The notes beneath the pieces were generated by a model that had not been told where the DNA came from, made no database searches, and saw nothing but the letters and a program-made list of their open reading frames with translations. A program made the position numbers and the translations under genes. This document shows positions 59,348 to 64,000 of a stretch of 64,000 nt of DNA, piece by piece; positions within the stretch are counted from its first letter, which is position 1, and every line of letters begins with the position of its first letter. Source of the stretch: Malacoraja senta. Taxonomy: Eukaryota. The stretch lies in assembly GCA_038087875.1 (NCBI GenBank), contig CM075990.1, positions 11,162,001 to 11,226,000 of the forward strand. The letters are read 5' to 3'.

Positions 59348-59948
59348 GTTTAGTTTAGAGATACAGCACGGAAACAGGCCCTTCAGTGCACCGACCAGCA
59401 ATCTCCACACACTATCACTACCCTATATGCGCCAGGGACAATTTACAATGATACCAAGCCAATTAACATGCAAACCTGTACATCTTTGGAGTGTGGGAAG
59501 AAACCGAAGATCTCGGAGATAATCTGCGCAAGCCACGGGGAGAATGTACAAACTCCGCACAGACAGAACCCATACTCAGGATCAAGCCCAGGTCTCTGGC
59601 GCTATTATGGGCCTGTCCCACTTACGCAATTTTTTCGGCGACTTGCCGGCACCCGTCATAGTCGCCGCAGGTCTCCGAACATTTTCAACGTGTTGAAAAT
59701 CCAGCAGCGATCAGAACAAAGTGCGACTCTTTGGGCGACTACTCATGACCATACAGGCTTCACCCCGCGACATGTCGCCTGTATGGTCGTGAGTCGTCTC
59801 TTCAGTCACCCAAAGAGTCGTAGCGTCTTTCTGGTCGCCGCTGAATTTTCCACACGTTGACAATTTTCGGCGACCCATGACGGGTGCCGGCAGACGCCGA
59901 AAAAGTCGCGTAAGTGAGACAGGCAGTAATTCTACCGCTGCACCACCT
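59348..59948 (-). mobile_element. V-SINE interrupted by a MITE
   Basis: Family match on both sides of 59608-59924. Confidence 0.82.
59608..59924. mobile_element. PIF/Harbinger-like MITE inserted in a V-SINE
   Basis: Left end TTA|TGGGCCTGTCCCACTTACGC, right end GCGTAAGTGAGACAGGC (last bases lost), imperfect inverted arms of about 50 bp or more. Confidence 0.8.
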
Positions 59949-60485
59949 TGTTGTCCCCAAAGCAACCCTTCTCAAAATGGTCACGCTGCTGGAGCCATTT
60001 TACTTGCTGCTTAGGCTGTTGGGACTGAGAGTCCCTGTGCATGTTCAAGCAGCTTCCTCATCTCCTGATTTATATGTAGTCTCATTGATCCGTACTGCTT
60101 TCACTTTCCCTTTTGACAGTGATTAGCTGATTTACATTTCCTGACAGATTTAATGCTGTTCGGCGAAATGGAGCAGAAAGGTTCTTCCTCTGATAGTGTC
60201 ATGTGTCTTGTCACCACTACATAAGATAAACTTTTGAAAAAAGTATATTAAGGACTCTCTAACCTTACCCACATGCATTACTAGAATCCAAAGATACAAT
60301 CCTGTCTCCATAATTTAATTATTTTCGAACATTGGGATGATATATATGAACAGCATGGGATTTGTAATATAACGGAAGCCATACAGATTCTGCTACTGTT
60401 TATATGCCATTTCAGCTGGAAATGGGCAAGGTGTGGGTGGCAAACAGCAACCCCTATAACAATTACCTAAGCAGTATAACAATTG

Positions 60486-60780
60486 GGGGGCACAGTGGCG
60501 TAGCAGGTAGTGTCGCTGTCTCTCTGTGCCGGAGACCCGGGTATAATGCTGACCTCAAGTGCTGACTATGTGGAGTTTTCATATTCTCCTGGATGTCCTC
60601 CAGTTTCCTCTCACATCCCAATGCCCTGTGCTTTGGTAGGTTAATAGGCCACTGAAAACTGCCTGTAGTCTACAGGAGAATGGTGATGGGCATTAATGAG
60701 AAATAAGGATCAGTGTAAATGGTAGTGGATGGACTTGGGGGCTAAAGGGCCTGGTTCTGTGCTATATATCTTCTTAACTT
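60486..60780 (+). mobile_element. Old V-SINE
   Basis: Diverged family match. Confidence 0.68.
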
Positions 60781-61234
60781 CAAGAGAATAAATATACGGT
60801 GATGCCACGCAGTACATGTTCACCTCATTATGTGTACGGCCTCCAAAAAACAATCACATTAAATACTTCCAGGTCTCCACTTATCAATTTGCTCCATCTT
60901 TTATTTCAATTTCTGACCACCCTTCTATTTCTCCATTCCTTGTTAAGTGGTCCCTGCGAAAATCCCTCTGAAGCGCTTCCTTTGGATGGCGATACACTGG
61001 GTGAATGAAAAGCGACATCGAATCTGCGCTAATGAGTCTTGTAAGTCGGTCCCCTGTGTGGTGTTTAGATCATTTACCATTCTCTTTGAAGCTGTCTTAA
61101 CGGCTGTGACAAGCCATTGCCCTGATTCCCAGAGCATGTTCGAGCAGCCACTTCCCTTTCTCCCAGTTGGCATCTCCCATTACTCGTGTGATGCGAAGCA
61201 ACATGTCAGCAAATGCCGCTGCGCTGCTGTGCGG

Positions 61235-61370
61235 GAGGTGGATGGAGGGGAGGAAGGAGGAGGCGAGGTAGGTGGAGGGGAGGAAGGAGGAGGCGAGGTG
61301 GGTGGAGGGGAGGAAGGAGGAGGCGAGGTGGATGGAGGGGAGGAAGGAGGAAGGAGGAGGCGAGGTGGAG
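61235..61370 (+). repeat. 30-bp purine-rich minisatellite, about 4.5 copies
   Basis: Unit GAGGTRGRTGGAGGGGAGGAAGGAGGAGGC. Confidence 0.92.
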
Positions 61371-61569
61371 GTCAAGAGTGTTTTATTGTCATATGTCCCA
61401 GATAGAACAATGACATTCTTACTTGCAGCAGCACAACAGAGTATGTAAACATAGTACACTGTAAACAATATAATATACAAGAAGAAATAAGTTTGGTGCA
61501 TGTGTGTATATACACGCTCTCACTCTCTCACAGACACATAAATAAACAAGCAACAATAATAGTCTATGT

Positions 61570-61836
61570 AGTTTAGTTTAGAGATACAGCACGGAAACAC
61601 CAACCACCGATCCCCATATATTAACATTATCCTTCACACACTTGGGACAATTTTACATTTACACCAGGTCAATTAACGTACAAAACTGTACGTCTTTGGA
61701 GTGTGGGAGGATACCGAAGATCTCGGAGAAAAACCATACAGGTCACGGGGAGAAGGTACAAACTCCGTACAGACAAGGACCCATAGTCAGGATCAAATCT
61801 GGGTCTCTGCCGCTGTAAGTCAGTAGCTCTACCGCT
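61570..61836 (-). mobile_element. V-SINE
   Basis: Family match. Confidence 0.82.
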
Positions 61837-62647
61837 TCAGAGCTTAATAGAATCAAAACCAAAAATTAAAAGACAATATCCAACAGGACAGGCTCCCTCA
61901 AGAAATGCTAAATTAAAATTTTAGGTGACTGATCAGATTCTGATGATAAGTTGACCTTAAATGCTCACAATTTCTGTTTCCACAGATGCACGGTGACATG
62001 TTGCACAGTCATTTTCTATCTTTCTTTCAGATTTCCAGTATCTGCTTTATTTATTTTTTAACTTTTCCGAAGTTCACCAGGATATTCAAACAATATTCTC
62101 CTCAATCAAAGCTAAAATAGATCATCTGACCTGTTTGTGGAAGGTTGTTAAGAACAAATTGACCAGCTTTTCCTTTATTATAACAGTGACTCCTGTTCAT
62201 TAACTATTAGATTGCAAAGCACTGTAGATATACAAGGATGTGAAAGAAGCTAATATAAATGTAACATCTCTCTTCGGCCTAGGAAGTGATTCTACCAGCC
62301 AGTTCCTATGGTAATGATAGAAGATTAGAAAGCAAGATTCTGCATTTGCTGGTAATTTAAGACAAAAACTGAAAATTATGCAAATACTTAGCAACGGAGG
62401 TGGCATTTGTGGAGAAAGAAGCAGTAGTTAATGTTTAAGGTTGATGACCTTTTTTTTCAGAACTAGGTTCAGCGAGGGTGAGGTAGGTATGGAACGAGTG
62501 TTTAAATAGCAGAGAAAGAGGGAGGGGCATAACCCACAAAATGGCAGGTTTGTGAGAGGCAAATCAGACGAGATTAAGTGACGGTACACAAAAATGCTGG
62601 AGAAACTCAGCGGGTGCAGCAGCATCTATGGAGCGAAGGAAATAGGT

Positions 62648-62675
62648 AACGTTTCGGGCCGAAACCCTTCTTCAG
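62648..62675 (-). ncRNA. Minimal type I hammerhead ribozyme core (Penelope type)
   Basis: CUGAAGA-A-GGGU(UUCG)GCCC-GAA-ACGU-U with palindromic ACGU in place of stem III. Confidence 0.55.
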
Positions 62676-63777
62676 AGATTAAGTGACAACTGGTGGATGC
62701 GCCAACTGAATGGTGGTGGTAAAGAGGTGCCAGGAGGAGCTGTAAATTAGAACAGAGGAATAAAATGAGGAAAGAGGTGAAGTATTAAGGCTGGCATGGC
62801 TGAATATCTGAACTCTGAATTCATTGCTGAGTCCATAAAGCTATAATAAAATATAACATAGAACATAGAGCAGCACAGCAGAGGACTGGGCCTTCTTGCC
62901 CCATAATGTTGGTGCTGAACATGATGCTAAGTTAAACTGATCTCATCTGCCTGTACATGATCCATATCCCTCTATTCGCTGCACCTCAATCCAGAGATGC
63001 TGCCTGACCCACTCAGCTATTCCAGCTTTTTGTCTACCTTCAGTGTGAACCCGCTCCTGCAGTTCCCTCCTACACACTCAATCAACTTAGTAATGTTGTA
63101 AGTCAGAAGACGAGGTGCTGTTCTTTCAGCTGACATTGAGTTTTGTTAGAGCAGAGTAGAAGGCCCAGGGCAGAGAAGTCAAAGTGAGAATGAAATGGAG
63201 AGTTAATGTACCCAGCACTGGAAGTTGTGTTCTCGATGGAGGCATTCTGCTAAGTGCTCAACCAATTTGCCTTCATTTTCTTCAATGTCAGAAAGCCAAG
63301 ATCAAACCAGTCCACTTTGAGACACAAGAGACTGCAGATGCTGGAATTTTAAGCTTAAAAACAAAGTTCTGGAGGAACTCAACAGGCCAGGCAACAACTA
63401 TGGAGGGAAATGTACTGATGACATTTCAGGTCGGGACCTTTCTCCAAAATAAAAAAAATTCACACAAAAAAAAAAGTCTGTCCATTTCCCTCCACAGATA
63501 CTGCCTGGCTGCTGAATTCCTCCAGCATTTTGTTTTTTAGATCAGCTTACTTAATTGGTGGCCCATCTACTCCTTGTAGAACTATGTCTACAATGTGTGC
63601 CATCTGCAAAGTGCACAGCAGTTGCTGACCTAATCAAACATCCTGATTTTGGATGATCAGCCATGATCTTATTGAATGGCGGTGCAGGTTCGAAGGGCCG
63701 ACTGGCCTACTCCTGCACCTATTTTCTATGTTTCTATGTTTCTATTCCAGCAGTGCTTCCCAAATGTTCAAATATAA

Positions 63778-63868
63778 AGGGCCTGTCCCACTTTCACGAC
63801 CTAATTCACAACCTTTTTTACTCGTGGCCATTTTTCATCAGGCTAGAAAAAACGCCCCGACCTACTTA
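63778..63868. mobile_element. Left end of a third Harbinger-like MITE, interrupted by CR1
   Basis: TAA|AGGGCCTGTCCCACTT, the same TIR as at 59608. Confidence 0.7.
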
Positions 63869-64000
63869 CATAGAAAGATACATAGAAAATAGGTGCAGGA
63901 GTAGGCCATTCGGCCCTTCGAGCCTGCACTGCCATTCAATATGATCATGGCTGATCATCCAACTCAGTATCCCGTACCGGCCTTCTCTCCATACCCCCTG
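63869..64000 (-). mobile_element. CR1 3' tail running off the window
   Basis: CATAGAAA repeats, GGAGTAGGCCATTCGGCCCTTCGAG; further short tails of this type at about 12090-12272, 18560-18710, 24790-24952, 35120-35268 and 63650-63745 (+). Confidence 0.85.

Noticed and set aside
60947..61501. Gly/Glu- and Ser-rich ORFs
   Set aside because: Translations of the 30-bp minisatellite and a Rex1-type tail

Overview
This is repeat-dense vertebrate DNA, intergenic or intronic. The repeat families (HE1-type V-SINEs, CR1, L2, Rex1/Babar, Deu-SINE, Penelope-derived inverted repeats) point to a cartilaginous fish, probably a skate or ray (inference). No host protein-coding exon could be supported. The largest element is a near-intact Ty3/Gypsy (Mag-like) LTR retrotransposon at 4396-9128, with 204-bp LTRs, an ATTTT target-site duplication (TSD) and gag-PR-RT-RNaseH-IN broken only by four frameshifts. 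The most interesting signal is a ~140-nt non-autonomous retroposon in two copies (21192-21330 +, 50541-50678 -). Its first 54 nt fold into a complete minimal HDV-like self-cleaving ribozyme whose predicted cleavage site coincides with the element's 5' boundary. Also notable: minimal hammerhead cores in the Penelope-derived repeats, an L1 3' end flanked by a 414-bp direct duplication, fold-back hairpins at LINE 5' junctions (one a perfect 26-bp stem), three Harbinger-like MITEs and a HERO/R2-like LINE 5' fragment. All coordinates were read by eye, and boundaries of decayed repeats are approximate.
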